Positions 37,987 through 50,324 are shown, numbered from the stretch's first letter. The stretch: 64,000 nucleotides of DNA from Terriglobia bacterium (GCA_965198225.1 CBDAOY010000005.1:64001-128000); one strand, 5' to 3'. Program-made: numbers and translations. Notes: generated from the sequence alone by a model not told the origin.

Positions 37987-40196
37987 GTGCCACTTTGACG
38001 ACGCTGGAACGGAGGTCTTTTCGCCTCCAAACCGAAGACGCCCCTGCTGCAGGCACCTGGTACGGCGAGGACCCGGCAACGACCCATCTTCTGAACGCCT
38101 ACACCATCCTGGTGCCAGACGGAGAGCGTTTCATCATTCGTACGTGCAGTCGCTACCTCGACCGGGTCTCCCCGGAGCTGAAAGACGAGTTGGAACGGCT
38201 GTTCTTTCAGGAAGGGTCCCATTCCCGCGAACATGGGCGTCTCGTCCGGAAAATGGAGGACGACGGCCTGGGAATGAACCTGTTCAACCGGCTTGTTCGA
38301 TGGCTGTTGTACGGACTCCTGGAGAGCCTGACGCCGCTCCGCCTGCGGTTGGCAACAGCCGCTGCGATCGAACACCACAACGCTACGATCGCCACGTTCT
38401 TTCTCAATCAGGCCCTGCTCAAAGACATCCGCAGAATCGAACTGCGGCGGCTCTTCCTCTGGCACTTTGCCGAGGAGATCGAGCACAAGGAAACCGTCTT
38501 CAAGCTTCTCGAGAGCGTTTCACGGTCATGGACCCTGAGAGCGCTCGGCCTCTTCGTCAGTTGCGTCACGTTCCTGGCCTATCTGGTTGTGGGAGCGCTA
38601 CTGCTCGGCCTGAAGACGGGCTCCGCGTTCACGGTCGGTTTCTGGAAGCCGGTCCTTCCGTCGCACAAAAGGCGCGGCTTGTTCGCGTTCCTGGGTGTGG
38701 AATCCTGGCGCTACCTCGACCCCCGTTTCCGTCCGTCGGTTAGCGAAGCCCAACCGCTGCTCTCGTCCGCCCTTACTGAGCTGGAACGCCTGGATATCGA
38801 TAGAACCCGGCGCACGGGTTCCACGGAGTCGCGCGATCTGCCAGAGGCATTCCGGAGAAAGATGAAGCGCACACTGGATCGATTCGGCAAGTTGAGGCGC
38901 ACAGCAGACTTTTTCTTCAGCCCTGTCGAAGGATATGAGGGAACACGGGTGCGGAGCCGGGGAGCGAGAAAACTCAACTTCTGCACGTACTCCTACCTTG
39001 GACTGCTGCATCACGAGCGTGTCGACGCCGCGGCCATGGGGGCCCTGGAACGGTACGGCACCGGAACGCACGGAGTTCGGCTTCTGGGAGGGAACCTGCA
39101 AATTCATGAGCAACTGGAGTCGAAGCTCGCGAACTTTCTCGGTAGAGAGGCCGCAATCACATTCAGCTCTGGATTCACCACCAACCTGGCCGTGATCGGC
39201 ACTCTCGTCGGAAAGGGCGACTATGTGCTTTCCGACGTACACAATCACGCCAGCATCGTGGACGGCTGCAGGTCGAGCCGATCCGAGACGGTAACGTTCC
39301 GGCACAATGACGTCGGGGACCTCGACCGCAAGCTCGGGAGTCTGCCGAGGGCTGCACGGAAGCTGATCGTCGTCGACGCGGTCTTCAGCATGGACGGTGA
39401 CATCGCGCCACTGGCCGAGCTGCTTGAAATCCGGGACCGGCACGCGAACACGATTCTCATGGTGGACGAGGCTCACAGCCTGGGTGTGCTGGGCCGCGGG
39501 GGAAGAGGGATCGAGGAGCACTTCGATTGCAAGGGGCAGGTCGATGTCCTGATGGGGACCCTCAGCAAGGCGATCCCGTGTCAGGGCGGCTATGTCGTGG
39601 GCTCCAGGGAGCTCGTCACTTTCTTCCGCTACAACGCCCGTGGATTCATCTTCAGCGCGGCATTATCTCCGGTCACGGCGGCGGCGGCGCTGGCCGCGCT
39701 GGAGGTCCTCGAAGACGAAGGCGAAGAGCGCTGCGGTCGACTGATGACGAACGCGCGCTACTTCACCCGCCGACTGGTGGAGGCAGGCTTCGACATCGGG
39801 AACACCCAGACCGCGATCGTCCCGATCCTGCTCGGAGGCGAGTCCCTGGCGTTTGAAATGGCCCGGCTCTCGAATGAGGAGGCCCTGTACGTTCTGCCCG
39901 TGACCTACCCGGCCGTTCCGCACGGGGAGGCACGTCTGCGGACGAGCGTCACGAGCGAACACTGCCAGGAAGATCTGGACCGCGCAGTGCGGACGTTGTC
40001 TCGACGTTTGCCGAGAGGATCCAATTTTATTGGACGAAGAAAGAATGTGGACGCACCCGGGGGCTATCGCAACGGCTGGCTGAGTTGCGGAACCCGTCGA
40101 GTGCGGGTCGGAGCCGGGTCTTGCCGTGTGCCAAGCGGAGCGCGGGTAGCTGCCCGAGAGGCTATCAATGAAGGCATGGCTAAACGAACGGCTTAG
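37983..40196 (+). CDS. Fusion of a 'metal-dependent hydrolase' (ferritin-like ExxH) domain and a PLP alpha-oxoamine synthase (SPT/BioF/KBL-like)
   Basis: ATGA overlap start MSATLT. N-domain PDGERFII, QEGSHSREH, AIEHH, WHFAEEIEHK; C-domain YSYLGL, GTGTHGVRLLGG, NHASIVDG, VFSMDGD, DEAHSLG, GTLSKA. Confidence 0.88.
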   Translation: MSATLTTLERRSFRLQTEDAPAAGTWYGEDPATTHLLNAYTILVPDGERFIIRTCSRYLDRVSPELKDELERLFFQEGSHSREHGRLVRKMEDDGLGMNLFNRLVRWLLYGLLESLTPLRLRLATAAAIEHHNATIATFFLNQALLKDIRRIELRRLFLWHFAEEIEHKETVFKLLESVSRSWTLRALGLFVSCVTFLAYLVVGALLLGLKTGSAFTVGFWKPVLPSHKRRGLFAFLGVESWRYLDPRFRPSVSEAQPLLSSALTELERLDIDRTRRTGSTESRDLPEAFRRKMKRTLDRFGKLRRTADFFFSPVEGYEGTRVRSRGARKLNFCTYSYLGLLHHERVDAAAMGALERYGTGTHGVRLLGGNLQIHEQLESKLANFLGREAAITFSSGFTTNLAVIGTLVGKGDYVLSDVHNHASIVDGCRSSRSETVTFRHNDVGDLDRKLGSLPRAARKLIVVDAVFSMDGDIAPLAELLEIRDRHANTILMVDEAHSLGVLGRGGRGIEEHFDCKGQVDVLMGTLSKAIPCQGGYVVGSRELVTFFRYNARGFIFSAALSPVTAAAALAALEVLEDEGEERCGRLMTNARYFTRRLVEAGFDIGNTQTAIVPILLGGESLAFEMARLSNEEALYVLPVTYPAVPHGEARLRTSVTSEHCQEDLDRAVRTLSRRLPRGSNFIGRRKNVDAPGGYRNGWLSCGTRRVRVGAGSCRVPSGARVAAREAINEGMAKRTA

Positions 40197-40624
40197 CGCT
40201 ACCACGTCTGGATCAGGATCGCGTCCATGTCATCCTCTAGCCTGGTATCGTCGGCGGACGCGGGCCGGTAAGGGCATTACTGCCGGAAGGTCATCGAAAA
40301 GATACTTAGAATGAAGCTGGCAAGAATCATGGCGACGTTTGCCAGGATTGGTGTGCTGGCCCTCGTCGGAGTGTGGTTCACCGTCACGCAACCTGTCGCC
40401 GGCTCCTCAACCATCGGTGAAATTCCCGCTGTCAACGCTGAACGTCTACAGACATGGAAATGATCGGCTATTTTAGCGATGACGAAGGTAGCCAAGGGTA
40501 TCCGTTGGGCCTGCTGCGTCTTTTCTATATGGGTGAAAAACCGAGCGTGTCGGGGGTGTTCAGCTGGCACCAGTGGCCTGAAGGGTCGGGATCGCTGTCC
40601 GGCGCGAGACCGACCCAACCAACG

Positions 40625-41620
40625 TCACTCCTGCGCCGGAACCGACTTCACGCTCAGCAGATACGACAGATCCAGATTCTGTAAACAACGGTGGATCGCC
40701 TTCGGGTGCAGTCCCAGAAGCCGAGCGGCTTCCTTGTAATCCCCGTTGCTGCGGGAAAAGGCCGCTTCGAAGAGCCGGCGTTTGGTTTCGTAGATCGCGT
40801 CGTGATACTTCAGCGGTTCCGCCCTGGTGGTTTCCGGGATGTCGTCGGGCAGATCTTCCGCAAGAATGTGGTCGGCCGAGCCGAGGACGACGGCGTATTC
40901 GATCGCGTTCCGAAGCTCCCGCACGTTGCCCGGCCAGTCATAGTTGCCGAGGATCGCCTGAGCTTCGGGAGAAATGCCGCGGACAACGCGTCCCGCTTCC
41001 CTCGCGCACTTGAACACAAAGTGCCGGGCCAGAGCTGGAATGTCGTCACGCCGCTCGGCGAGGGTCGGTGTCCGCACGGAAAGAACCTTCAGGCGGTAGT
41101 AGAGATCCTGCCGGAACCGGCCGGCCGCGACCGCGGATTCGAGGTTGCGGTTCGTCGCTGCGATCAAGCGGATGTCGACCGGGATCGGGCTTCCGCCGCC
41201 GATCCTGTCGATTTCACGCTCCTCGAGCGCACGCAGCAGCTTGGCCTGGATGGCCGATCCCAGCTCTCCGACCTCGTCCAGGAACAACGTGCCGCCGCTG
41301 GCCAGCTCGAACTTTCCCTTCTGACGGGCGACGGCTCCGGTGAACGCGCCCTTTTCGTGACCGAAGAGCTCGCTTTCCAGGAGAGCTTCCGACAGCGCGG
41401 CGCAGTTGACGGCAACGAAAGGGCCGCCGGGGCGCTGGCTGTTCCGGTGCAGCGCGCGGGCGACGCGCTCTTTTCCGGTGCCGCTTGCGCCCTGGATCAG
41501 GACCGTGGCGGGAGTCGGCGCCGCCTTGCGGATGAACCGGAGCAGCTCGAGCATCGGGGCGCTTTCGCCCACAAGACCGTTGCGAGCGTCGAGTTCGGGA
41601 TTCGTTCGGGCCGTCATCAT
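40625..41620 (-). CDS. Sigma-54-dependent activator (AAA+ plus HTH) with no N-terminal sensor domain
   Basis: [48 protein letters not shown]. Confidence 0.92.
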   Translation of the reverse strand: MMTARTNPELDARNGLVGESAPMLELLRFIRKAAPTPATVLIQGASGTGKERVARALHRNSQRPGGPFVAVNCAALSEALLESELFGHEKGAFTGAVARQKGKFELASGGTLFLDEVGELGSAIQAKLLRALEEREIDRIGGGSPIPVDIRLIAATNRNLESAVAAGRFRQDLYYRLKVLSVRTPTLAERRDDIPALARHFVFKCAREAGRVVRGISPEAQAILGNYDWPGNVRELRNAIEYAVVLGSADHILAEDLPDDIPETTRAEPLKYHDAIYETKRRLFEAAFSRSNGDYKEAARLLGLHPKAIHRCLQNLDLSYLLSVKSVPAQE

Positions 41621-41673
41621 CTATATACGCGCTTTACGCGATCTGGCCGCGTCGGTCTTCATACCGCCCCTCC

Positions 41674-41857
41674 TCAACCGAGGAGCGGCTCTCTTTTTCG
41701 GATGAACCAGAGGAGGGACAGGGTCACGAGCGCGGTGAAGTGGATCGCCGCCTTTAGACCGTCCACGGTCACGGGACGACCGGAAAGTCCGATCCAGAGC
41801 GAGGCTCCTAACGGCAGCGCCAACGCCGTGAAGAACAGGGTCTTGGCTACGCCATCC
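41674..41857 (-). pseudogene. C-terminal fragment of a membrane protein cut at the IS21 junction
   Basis: Hydrophobic KTLFFTALALPLGASLWIGL..FTALVTLSLLWFIRKRE; 5' part replaced by istA. Confidence 0.5.
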
Positions 41858-42775
41858 GGCACTCCCCGCCTCATCGTGCTGGATAACCTGCGCGAAGGCG
41901 TGATCGTCCCGGACCATTACGACCCCACCCTGAATCCGTTGTTTCGAGATGTCCTGACCCATTACGGCGTGGTGGCCATGCCCTGCCGGGTGCGCGATCC
42001 AGACCGCAAAGGCAAAGTCGAATCCGGTGTCGGGCACGCCCAGAAGACCCCATTGAAGGGACAGCGCTTCGAGAGCCTCGACCAGGCCCAGGGGTATCTG
42101 GATCGCTGGGAAGTCCGATGGGCCGACACCCGCATCCACGGCACGACCAAGCGGCAGGTGGCGGCCATGTTCGCCGAAGAGAAACCATCTCTTAAGCCGC
42201 TGCCGATCGAACCGTTTCGCTATTACCAATTCGGTGAACGTGTCGTCCATCTCGACGGTTGCGTCGAAGTCGAAGCCGCCTATTACAGTGTACCGCCGGG
42301 CTGGATCGGACGGGGTGTCAAGGTCCAGTGGGACACGCTTCACGTCCGGATCCTGGACCCAAACACCTATCCACTCCTCCGCGAGCATGTCCGCCAGAAG
42401 CGGGGTGGATACCGTGTCCGTGCTGAAGACAACCCGAAGAAAACCCCGTTAACGACGGTGCAACTGCTGGCCCGAGCCCGCCGCGCTGGCACCCACATCG
42501 GCACACTCTGTGACGCCATTCACCGCCGACAAGGGGAAGCTGCGGTCCGCCGCATCCTGGGTGTGCTCTCCCTGGCCAAGAAGTACGGTGTCTCCGCCGT
42601 GGAGGATGCTTCGGCTGCGGCACTGGAACTCCACGTCTACGAGTATCGTTTCGTCCGCCGCTATCTGGAGCGGCGACCTCCACTCGCCCTGCGTCAGGTC
42701 GATCCTCTCATTCGCGAACTGACTCAGTATCGCGATCTCATCAACCTCAAAATCCAGGAGCAGGAACACTCATGA
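41858..42775 (+). pseudogene. istA: IS21 transposase IstA, 5'-truncated
   Basis: Begins mid-catalytic domain GTPRLIVLDNLREGV; DPDRKGKVESGV; RIHGTT. Confidence 0.88.
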
Positions 42776-43527
42776 ATCTGATCGAACTCCAGCGGGCTCT
42801 CCGACAACTCCGGCTCGGCGGCATTGCCGAGGTGTTGGAAACACGCCTCCACCAGGCCCAGACCGAAGCCATGGCGCCGATCGACTTGGTCTCTCGTCTG
42901 GTCTCGGATGAACTGGACCGTCGCAGCATCCGGTTGTTGGAACGGCGTCGGAAACAGGCCCGGTTCCGCGATCCCCAGAAGACGCTCGACTCCTTCGACT
43001 TTACTTTCAACAAGAAGATGAATCGTAGTCTGGTCTTCGACCTGGCGACGGGCGCCTTCATCTCCAGGCACGACGATGCCTTGTTTCTCGGTCCTCCTGG
43101 CACCGGCAAGAGTCATCTGGCTCAGGCCATCGGCTTGGCTGCCATTGAGCAGGGCTATCGGGTCGTCTACCGTGAAACTCATGCGCTTCTCGACGACATC
43201 GCCGAAGCCACCATTGACGGTACCCGAAAGGAGTGCATGGAAGCTTTGGCGACGGTCCCGCTGCTGATCATCGACGATCTGGGGATGCGGAAGCTTCCTC
43301 CCACTTCAGCAGAGGAACTCCTCGAGATCGTGATGCGACGCTATGAACGGACCAGTACGTTACTGACATCGAATCGACCCGTCCAAGACTGGGGAAAACT
43401 ACTGGGTGATAGCGCCGCCGTCACAGCCATGCTGGACCGGCTGCTCCATCACGGCCACATCCTCAAATGCGGCCCTCGGAGTTGGAGGACTAAAACGGGC
43501 TTGCCGAGTCCAGTCCCAAAGAGGTAG
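42772..43527 (+). CDS. istB: IS21 helper ATPase IstB
   Basis: LDSFDFTF, GPPGTGKSHLA, LIIDDLG, TSNRP, AMLDRLLHH. Confidence 0.95.
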   Translation: MNLIELQRALRQLRLGGIAEVLETRLHQAQTEAMAPIDLVSRLVSDELDRRSIRLLERRRKQARFRDPQKTLDSFDFTFNKKMNRSLVFDLATGAFISRHDDALFLGPPGTGKSHLAQAIGLAAIEQGYRVVYRETHALLDDIAEATIDGTRKECMEALATVPLLIIDDLGMRKLPPTSAEELLEIVMRRYERTSTLLTSNRPVQDWGKLLGDSAAVTAMLDRLLHHGHILKCGPRSWRTKTGLPSPVPKR

Positions 43528-43606
43528 AACAACACCGTCCCGGGCCATCCCCGTTGGCCGGTTCTGAAGTGACCATCGTTGGCCGGTTTTGAAGTGACCA
43601 CTGGGG

Positions 43607-43710
43607 TTGCCGCTGCTGTTTGCACCCGTAAACACCGTCAATGGAGCGAACTCAAGCTCCGTCTCTTTCTGAATTGACTTGAAGTTGAACACTTTCCATT
43701 TGATGATCAT
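43607..43710 (-). pseudogene. 5' stub of an AAA ATPase gene interrupted by IS21 within Walker A
   Basis: ATGA-coupled to the methylase; MIIKWKVFNFKSIQKETELEFAPLTVFTGANSSG, then the IS end. Confidence 0.8.
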
Positions 43711-46552
43711 TGGTCGCTCCCCGCCCTGGTTACCGCTTGGTCGTACCACATGAGGAGCTTGGGATCTTCCCGGAGAATCTTCTCTGGGATGCGCTGAGCC
43801 ACGGCGATGATCGTGCGGTAGTCGCGATCCTGCCAGCATCGTTTGAAGCCCGCGCGGACCGCCTCCAGGCGGATGACCTTCATCTTCTTGCCCTCGGGAA
43901 TCGGTGCTGAGTTCGGCTCCAGCCCCGGGATGAAAACTTCCTGTGATTCCGGCTTCGCGCGTTTGTATTCGGCGGGCAAATACTCCGAGAACTCGCGCAT
44001 GAGGGCCAGCTCGCGCAGCTTTTCCAGGTCACTGGCCTTGTTCGGATCGGGCACGTACCAGCGGTCCTTGCCCTTGGCCTTGAGCGACGGATCGTCCTTG
44101 GCTAGGTTGCGGAGTTCCTTGAAGTTCGAGGAGAGGTAGCTGTGAATCTGGCTGGGCACCTCCCCCTTGCCGTCGTAGCGCAGGAAATTCTGCTCGAGCA
44201 GTTCATCAAGCTCAAGCATTATTTCGTTCTTTTGCCAGCCACCAAGTGTCTGCATGAATTGGGGCTTCAGGTCACCTGGCGTTTGCGGTTTCTTCGTGAG
44301 TTGTTGTTTGAGCCACTGGATAGCCGACGCCTCGTCGGAGACGAAGAGGGACAGTTGAAGAATTTCTCTTACAGTAATCCGTTTCTTGTCGTACTCGGCA
44401 GCCTGCTCGGGCAGGAAATACATACCGTCACGTGCCGGAAAGCGTTGTTCCAGGCCCGCGTAAAACTCAGCGGCGGACAAGGGGACTGTCACACCGCGCT
44501 GGACATGAAAAGCAACCATTCGGTCGAAAAGCAAAAAGTTCTGACGTTCGGCAATGACCTCTGCTTGATTGTTCTTCACCACAAATAGGGGGAGTTGTTT
44601 CAGGTGGGTCCTAACGAAATCCCAAACTCCATCTTCAACCCCGGCTGTTAGCTTGAACCGATCTTCAAGTCCGCCATTGGGCTTGTATGCAGAGATCACC
44701 AGATCTTGATCAACTGCCCCAGCCCTGTTGACGGCATTGAATGAGCGCTGTTGTTTGTCAAGAACACGAACATCTGCCACAACCAAACCGGATGCTTCGA
44801 TAGATTGCTGGATGGCACTCCAGACTGCATTCTGGCTGTTGTGGAACTCAATGGTTATCCAGTGCCCCGGCTTGAGCACCCGGTCATATCCCTTAAATGC
44901 TGAAGCCATCATGTGGGAATAGAATGGAAGATCCTTTTTGTGAACGTAATTGAGAACGCAATCATCTTCCGTGAGGCTTCTGACTCGTACCCACGCTTCA
45001 ACAAAGGAATTCAATTCTGAGTATTGAAGGGATTCTCCAAATGGTGGATCTGTGAAGATATAGTCAATTGAATTGCTGGGGATGTTTTTCAGATCGGCAA
45101 TGCTCTGCGTTGAGATAACCGTTGTTCTGCTCACGGCGCTTGTTAGCTTGCAGATCTTTCGGATTTTCCGCCGCAGGACATCGAATACGTTCCGCTCCAA
45201 GTGAAGAGACGGTGTAAACAGTGTCCCTGACACTCCTCCCCCACCGCCGAAATACCCCTGCTTCCTGGATACGTAGTTATTGATTGCGCTTAGGCAGAAG
45301 CGAAAGAGTGATGTATGCCGCAATGATGACAGCTCAAGTTGCCACAATTCACCCAAGGCAAACAAAGCCCTTGGGGTATACATGTGACAAATATGGGAGA
45401 TGCCAGTGCCATTTATAAGTTTGTTGGTTTGACGCCCGGCGAAGAACTTGTCCGTAGGAACCGACGGCCACTGACGATTGTCGAATCGCTTGTCAAGAGC
45501 CCTCCTGTCTGCCTCCGAAATCTTGAGCTTTGCGCGCTTTGAACCAGACTTAATGGTCTGCTCTAACAGCACGAATTCCGGGACACGAACAACTTCTTTA
45601 AGAACAGGATCATATCTTGTGACAAATGCTCGCTCGAGTTTAGCGGCACCTGTTGTTCGTGAAGCGCTTTTCCCGACGATTGAACCACAATCAGGACATG
45701 GAAACGATTTCTGCATTTTTCCATTCTTCAGTGCTGCTTCCCAGAAAACGAGTTCGTTGCTACAGTTTGGACAAAGGAAAACGTCAGACCAGATGGCACT
45801 CAACACTGCACCGGAGCTACTTTCATATAGCCACGACAGAGATCTCTCAATTTCATCAACGACTCGAAGAGCCTCTCTTTCGAAGTCTTCGAGGCCAAAC
45901 AAGTCAACATAGTTTCGAGCAATGAAAGTAGCAATTGGGGACAGATCCGACAGAATCGAATGGCGTTCGCCAACCATAGAAATAGCACTATTCCGCTCAT
46001 CCAGAACTGTTCCATCATCCTTCACCCGGTAACCGAGAGCCTCGATTTCTTTTGCATCTCCACACAATTGAGCAGCTACACCTGTCATTCCCGTCCCGCA
46101 GAAACCATCAAGGACCAGTCACCTGGTTGGGTATAGTGGAGGATGTACCGCATCAGGGCCTTATGCGGGACTTTGGTATGGTATGAGTGCGCGTTGTAAA
46201 TCGGGTCGTTTTTACCTTCGCTGACATCTGCCGCAAAAGTCTCGCGGCTGTAAGACCTACCTGAATCATACGGTCTGCCATAATGCTTGATAAAATCCTC
46301 AATGAACGGATTCGGGCAGGCGGTGTATAACGGCGGATCAGACAAATCCAGAATGTCCTCGTCCCTGCCGATCGGGAACCCCTCGATCTTGCGGAACTCC
46401 GGGTCCTTGAGCTTTTCGCGTAGCGTTCCCAAGAAATACTCCCGGCGCTCCTCGTCGTTCTCGAAAGTCATGCCGAGGCATTCCACTGGTCCCTGCGGCT
46501 TGGCGTCAGACTCCAGGTCGAAAAGATGTTGTTCGTGGTAGTCTTTTACCAT
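43707..46552 (-). pseudogene. pglXI: BREX type 3 DNA methyltransferase PglXI, split by a 1-nt frameshift at about 46117
   Basis: KNDPIYNAHSYHTKVPH..YTQPGD, shift, (L)VLDGFCGTGMTG; DYIFTDPPF; CPNC and CPDC; follows brxF-brxC. Confidence 0.85.
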
Positions 46553-46561
46553 CGGCCGTTC

Positions 46562-49500
46562 CTATTCCAAAACAATGCGCACCTTGCCAGGCTCCTTGCC
46601 CTTGGTGAGTTCGTCCAGATATTCCTCGAACCGCTTCTTCATCTCGACGGCTGTTACCGGTGAGCCACCGGAGAGCAGCGCCGCTCGTATGTCTTCGATC
46701 TTGACCGGCACCTTCTGGAGTCCGGAAAGTACCTCGCTCAGAGCATGGATGAAGTCCTGGTCGATCTCGTCCGGCAGGGCTCGCTTCTTGATAAAGCCGT
46801 TCACTAGCTTCTTGGGCTCGGGCTTGAGCAGGTCCAGGTTGCCCTTGATGGTTGGGTCCTCCAGGTTGGCCAGAAGTGTCAGGGCCCAGTTGGCCGCCAG
46901 CTTATCCAGTTCGTCGTCCAAACCATCCAGGACCGTTCCCGCAGGAGCGGTGGGCGGTTCTGCGCTGGGCTTGTAACTACAGTTCGCGCAGACGGGTGAG
47001 GCGTCCATCTCTTGTTCTGTGAGTGCGAAGCAACTCTTCAGGGCGGCAAGGCGGTTTTGGAAGTCGGTCAGATGCTGACGCGGCATCAACTCGATGGTGG
47101 AGAGCTTCTGCAGCACTTTGAGCCGTTCGTCGCCCATGAGACCGGTCTTGCGCTTGTCTTCGTTCACGCCCAGCCGAGCCTTGGTGTGCAGCCCGAGGTA
47201 GGTCTGTACATAGGTTTTTTTGAGCTGGTTCAGTCTGTGTTGGGTCTGCTGACGGAAGGTGCCAGCGTCGCGCTTGTCCGGGTCGCTGATTTGAACGAGG
47301 ACCTCATCGCGAACGATCTTCATGTTGCCTACCCACTGGTGTTCCGCGGGCAGCACCGCTTCAGCGGTGGAAAGGAAGGACGCGGTGGAACCGAGATCGG
47401 CCACCAGTTCCTCAAGTGATTTGATCTCGGCCAAAGAATTGAACCCTGCCCGATGGGACGTCACCTCCTGGGCGTCATAGCGGAAGTTCTTGAGTTTCCC
47501 TGGCGTGGTATAGGCTTGGAGCGATTCCAAGAAATTCTTGGTGTCGTCGAGCCGCGTCCGGAGTTTCTGCGCCTCTTCCTCGGCCAGCAAGTTCCGGCCC
47601 CAGAAGAGAAGACCGCTCTGCAGGTTCTGTTGCAGCAGCACCAGCTTCTCCACTGATTCGGAAATGGCCTTCTGCAACTGCTGAACCGGTTCCTCCTTGC
47701 CCTGGGTGACCAGTTGGGCCATACCCGGCGTGAGACCGAGCAGTTCGAACAGAGCTTTGAGTGCCGGAAGGTTCCAGTCCTTGGGCTGTTCGATGTGCTT
47801 GAACTGCGTGAGTTGATCTACTCCGGTCCCGGCCAACTGCGGCAGGTCGGCGGCGTCGAACTTCTTGCCCGGGATGGCGAGAACCAGATCGCCGGAGTAG
47901 ACCAGCACAGCCAGGAGGACCGCGACCCATTCCGGTTCCAACCGCTGCCGGTCCTTGTCCATGTATTCCACGCCTTTGTCATCCTGGATCAGCTCGGAAC
48001 GATTAACTACCTGGCCGTGGCCCTTCTTTTTGAGCAGGCCGAGGATGTGTTTGGCGTATTTTGATTTGCTTGGATCAAGGCGTCCGCCATCGAGCAGCTC
48101 CAGGCCATCAAGCACTGCCGTCGCCTGCTTGGTACGGTTCTGACCCGCGACGGCCCGCAAGGCATCCTGCGCGGCCTGGTCCCGGTTGATTCCTGTGATG
48201 AGGACCGAGAAGAAGGGATGCTCGGGCGCCTGATCCTGAAAATGCGCTCCCAAGCAGACGCCAGAAATCGTGTTCACGAGGTCGCGGAAATTGATGCGCT
48301 CATGGGAACCGATGCCGGAAAGTTCCCGGATTGACTTTCCCTTGGCCCATTCGGTGAGCGACTTGCTGCGTCCCTGATAGGTGACATCGAAAGCATCTGT
48401 CATGTTTTTTTGCAGCCACTGCACCAGGTCCCGCAGAAAATGGGATGACTTGGACTCGTATGTAGACTTGGCGTGCCCCGATGAAGTGGAAGCCAGGTCT
48501 AGCGCTGCGGCGTAATTCCTAAGCGCAGTGCGGAATTCGTCGTCCATCTTGGTGAGCCGCAGCAACAGTTCGTCGGAGTTCTTCTCCTTGGGGAAGTGCG
48601 GGGCATCGAAAGGCTGGATGAAATACAGGTAAAAGTCCCGTGGCGGTACGGCAGTGGATCTTTCATTGGGGGCGCCGAAGAAAAGATATCCCTGGCGTGC
48701 GGCTTTGCGCTCCAGCCACTCCAGCTCATGCTGCCAAATCTTGTAGCCAGTGACATAGGTCTGGTCCGTACACTCCATGACCCGTTTCAGGGCCTCGTAG
48801 TAGTAACGGTCGAGTTGAGGGGAATCGAGGCTTTCAGCGCGCTTGTCGATCAGCGCGTCGAAGTCGTCGGTCTTCTTCAGGTCCAGATAAAATTGCCGGT
48901 TGTCCGGATTCGAGGAAATGAATTGCCCGCTGACCGTCTTGAGGATTTCACGCAGGACAGTCTCCACCTGGGAAAGCAGGTCGTCGGCTGGATTCCCGCC
49001 CAGGTCCTCGATACCGGGTTGATACAGGCAGAGCCCGTCCCGAAGCTCTTCGGCTGTCGCTCCCAGGGTGGCGTGAATGTCCCCGGTGGTGAGCCGGTGC
49101 ACCGACAGAGCACAGATGAGCCGCAGCGCCATTGGCTTGTAAGCAGGGCGTGTGAAGGCCTGTTGGATGCGGGATTCCAGCACCTGGCTGCAGTCGATTA
49201 CCGCCTTAATATCGGGCACGGCTCGGAAGGACGGATTCTCCCGAAGATTGGTCCAATAGGTGTCGTATGCTATGAGGCCGGGCCGGTCATCCGGCATGTC
49301 CTGATTGAGCATCTTCTTCATGGCCAGGGACAGGGTCTTAAGCACTTCGCGCTTCTCCACGGCGATGACCCTCTCGAAGGTGTCGATGTAGTCGGGATGC
49401 ACCGGGAAAAGGTGGACAAACTCGTCCATGCGCTCGTTCATGTGGCCGTAGAATTTGCCGAAGGGCACAAGGTATTCGCGTATCTTGACCTGCTGCTCGC

Positions 49501-50290
49501 CGGTCTTCTTGAGCAATCGCTCGGCCACGACGAACTTAACGTCCTCGTGGGCGATGCGAATTTGCTCGAAGCGATCCTTGACCCGGCGGATGCTGTCGGC
49601 TACGAAGGAAAATCTGGGACTGTCGAAGATGGCCTCCTGGACACCGGCCATGAAGCGGAAGCGTAGGTCCTTGCAAACCTCGCCGATTTCACGGAGAAAG
49701 TTCAGGTCGAGGATGAGTTCCTGATCCTTGCGTGAGCGCAAGTAATCGAGCAGCTCGTCAACCACGAGGAGCAGGCCGTGGTCGGGGAACTCCTGATGAA
49801 ACGTGGCCATCATTTCTTCAAAGGATCTCTTGTTGTTGGATACCTGATCGGTGGAGGGAAAGCTGTAGCTCACGCTTATCGCGCCCAAATGCTCTTCCAG
49901 CTCCGCTACCAAAATGTCGCGAAGGGACATAGTGGTGGCCCCTATTTCAGTACGGACGACCTTGAACCGACCGCTGATTTGTCCGACAGCATTCTTCACA
50001 GTGGCGTTGCTTAGACTTGCGGCAAGGTCGGGATTCTCCGCAAGCCCGGAAATCACCGACATGAGGTGGGATTTACCGGTACCGTAATTTCCGACTACCA
50101 GAAGCCCTTTGTTGTCGGTGGGCTGCTCGAACTGCAATTGGGGAATAACCAGATCCACCAACTTGTCCGCCATCTCCTCGGAAATGACGTAGGTCTCGAC
50201 AAGCCGTCGGGCCGCAGTCGCCTCGTCGGCATCCCGCAGTTGGACCACAGACTCGATGGGTTCAAACTGAATCAGGTCACCGTATTTCAT
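46562..50290 (-). CDS. brxC: BREX-3 ATPase BrxC/PglY (DUF6079 family)
   Basis: [45 protein letters not shown]; 1242 aa; gene order brxF-brxC-pglXI. Confidence 0.9.
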   Translation of the reverse strand: MKYGDLIQFEPIESVVQLRDADEATAARRLVETYVISEEMADKLVDLVIPQLQFEQPTDNKGLLVVGNYGTGKSHLMSVISGLAENPDLAASLSNATVKNAVGQISGRFKVVRTEIGATTMSLRDILVAELEEHLGAISVSYSFPSTDQVSNNKRSFEEMMATFHQEFPDHGLLLVVDELLDYLRSRKDQELILDLNFLREIGEVCKDLRFRFMAGVQEAIFDSPRFSFVADSIRRVKDRFEQIRIAHEDVKFVVAERLLKKTGEQQVKIREYLVPFGKFYGHMNERMDEFVHLFPVHPDYIDTFERVIAVEKREVLKTLSLAMKKMLNQDMPDDRPGLIAYDTYWTNLRENPSFRAVPDIKAVIDCSQVLESRIQQAFTRPAYKPMALRLICALSVHRLTTGDIHATLGATAEELRDGLCLYQPGIEDLGGNPADDLLSQVETVLREILKTVSGQFISSNPDNRQFYLDLKKTDDFDALIDKRAESLDSPQLDRYYYEALKRVMECTDQTYVTGYKIWQHELEWLERKAARQGYLFFGAPNERSTAVPPRDFYLYFIQPFDAPHFPKEKNSDELLLRLTKMDDEFRTALRNYAAALDLASTSSGHAKSTYESKSSHFLRDLVQWLQKNMTDAFDVTYQGRSKSLTEWAKGKSIRELSGIGSHERINFRDLVNTISGVCLGAHFQDQAPEHPFFSVLITGINRDQAAQDALRAVAGQNRTKQATAVLDGLELLDGGRLDPSKSKYAKHILGLLKKKGHGQVVNRSELIQDDKGVEYMDKDRQRLEPEWVAVLLAVLVYSGDLVLAIPGKKFDAADLPQLAGTGVDQLTQFKHIEQPKDWNLPALKALFELLGLTPGMAQLVTQGKEEPVQQLQKAISESVEKLVLLQQNLQSGLLFWGRNLLAEEEAQKLRTRLDDTKNFLESLQAYTTPGKLKNFRYDAQEVTSHRAGFNSLAEIKSLEELVADLGSTASFLSTAEAVLPAEHQWVGNMKIVRDEVLVQISDPDKRDAGTFRQQTQHRLNQLKKTYVQTYLGLHTKARLGVNEDKRKTGLMGDERLKVLQKLSTIELMPRQHLTDFQNRLAALKSCFALTEQEMDASPVCANCSYKPSAEPPTAPAGTVLDGLDDELDKLAANWALTLLANLEDPTIKGNLDLLKPEPKKLVNGFIKKRALPDEIDQDFIHALSEVLSGLQKVPVKIEDIRAALLSGGSPVTAVEMKKRFEEYLDELTKGKEPGKVRIVLE

Positions 50291-50324
50291 TGCGTCCGCT
50301 CCCTCGCAATGGAAACTGTTGTCT

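Larger units (their letters stand above)
41858..43606 (+). mobile_element. IS21-family element with left part deleted
   Basis: istA fragment plus istB; right end carries tandem TGGCCGGTTYTGAAGTGACCA repeats and ends ...CACTGGGG; no left end. Confidence 0.88.

Noticed and set aside
40691-41857. N-terminal part of the 694-aa ORF that looks like a fusion to IstA
   Set aside because: It is the antisense of the sigma-54 activator running in frame into the truncated istA.
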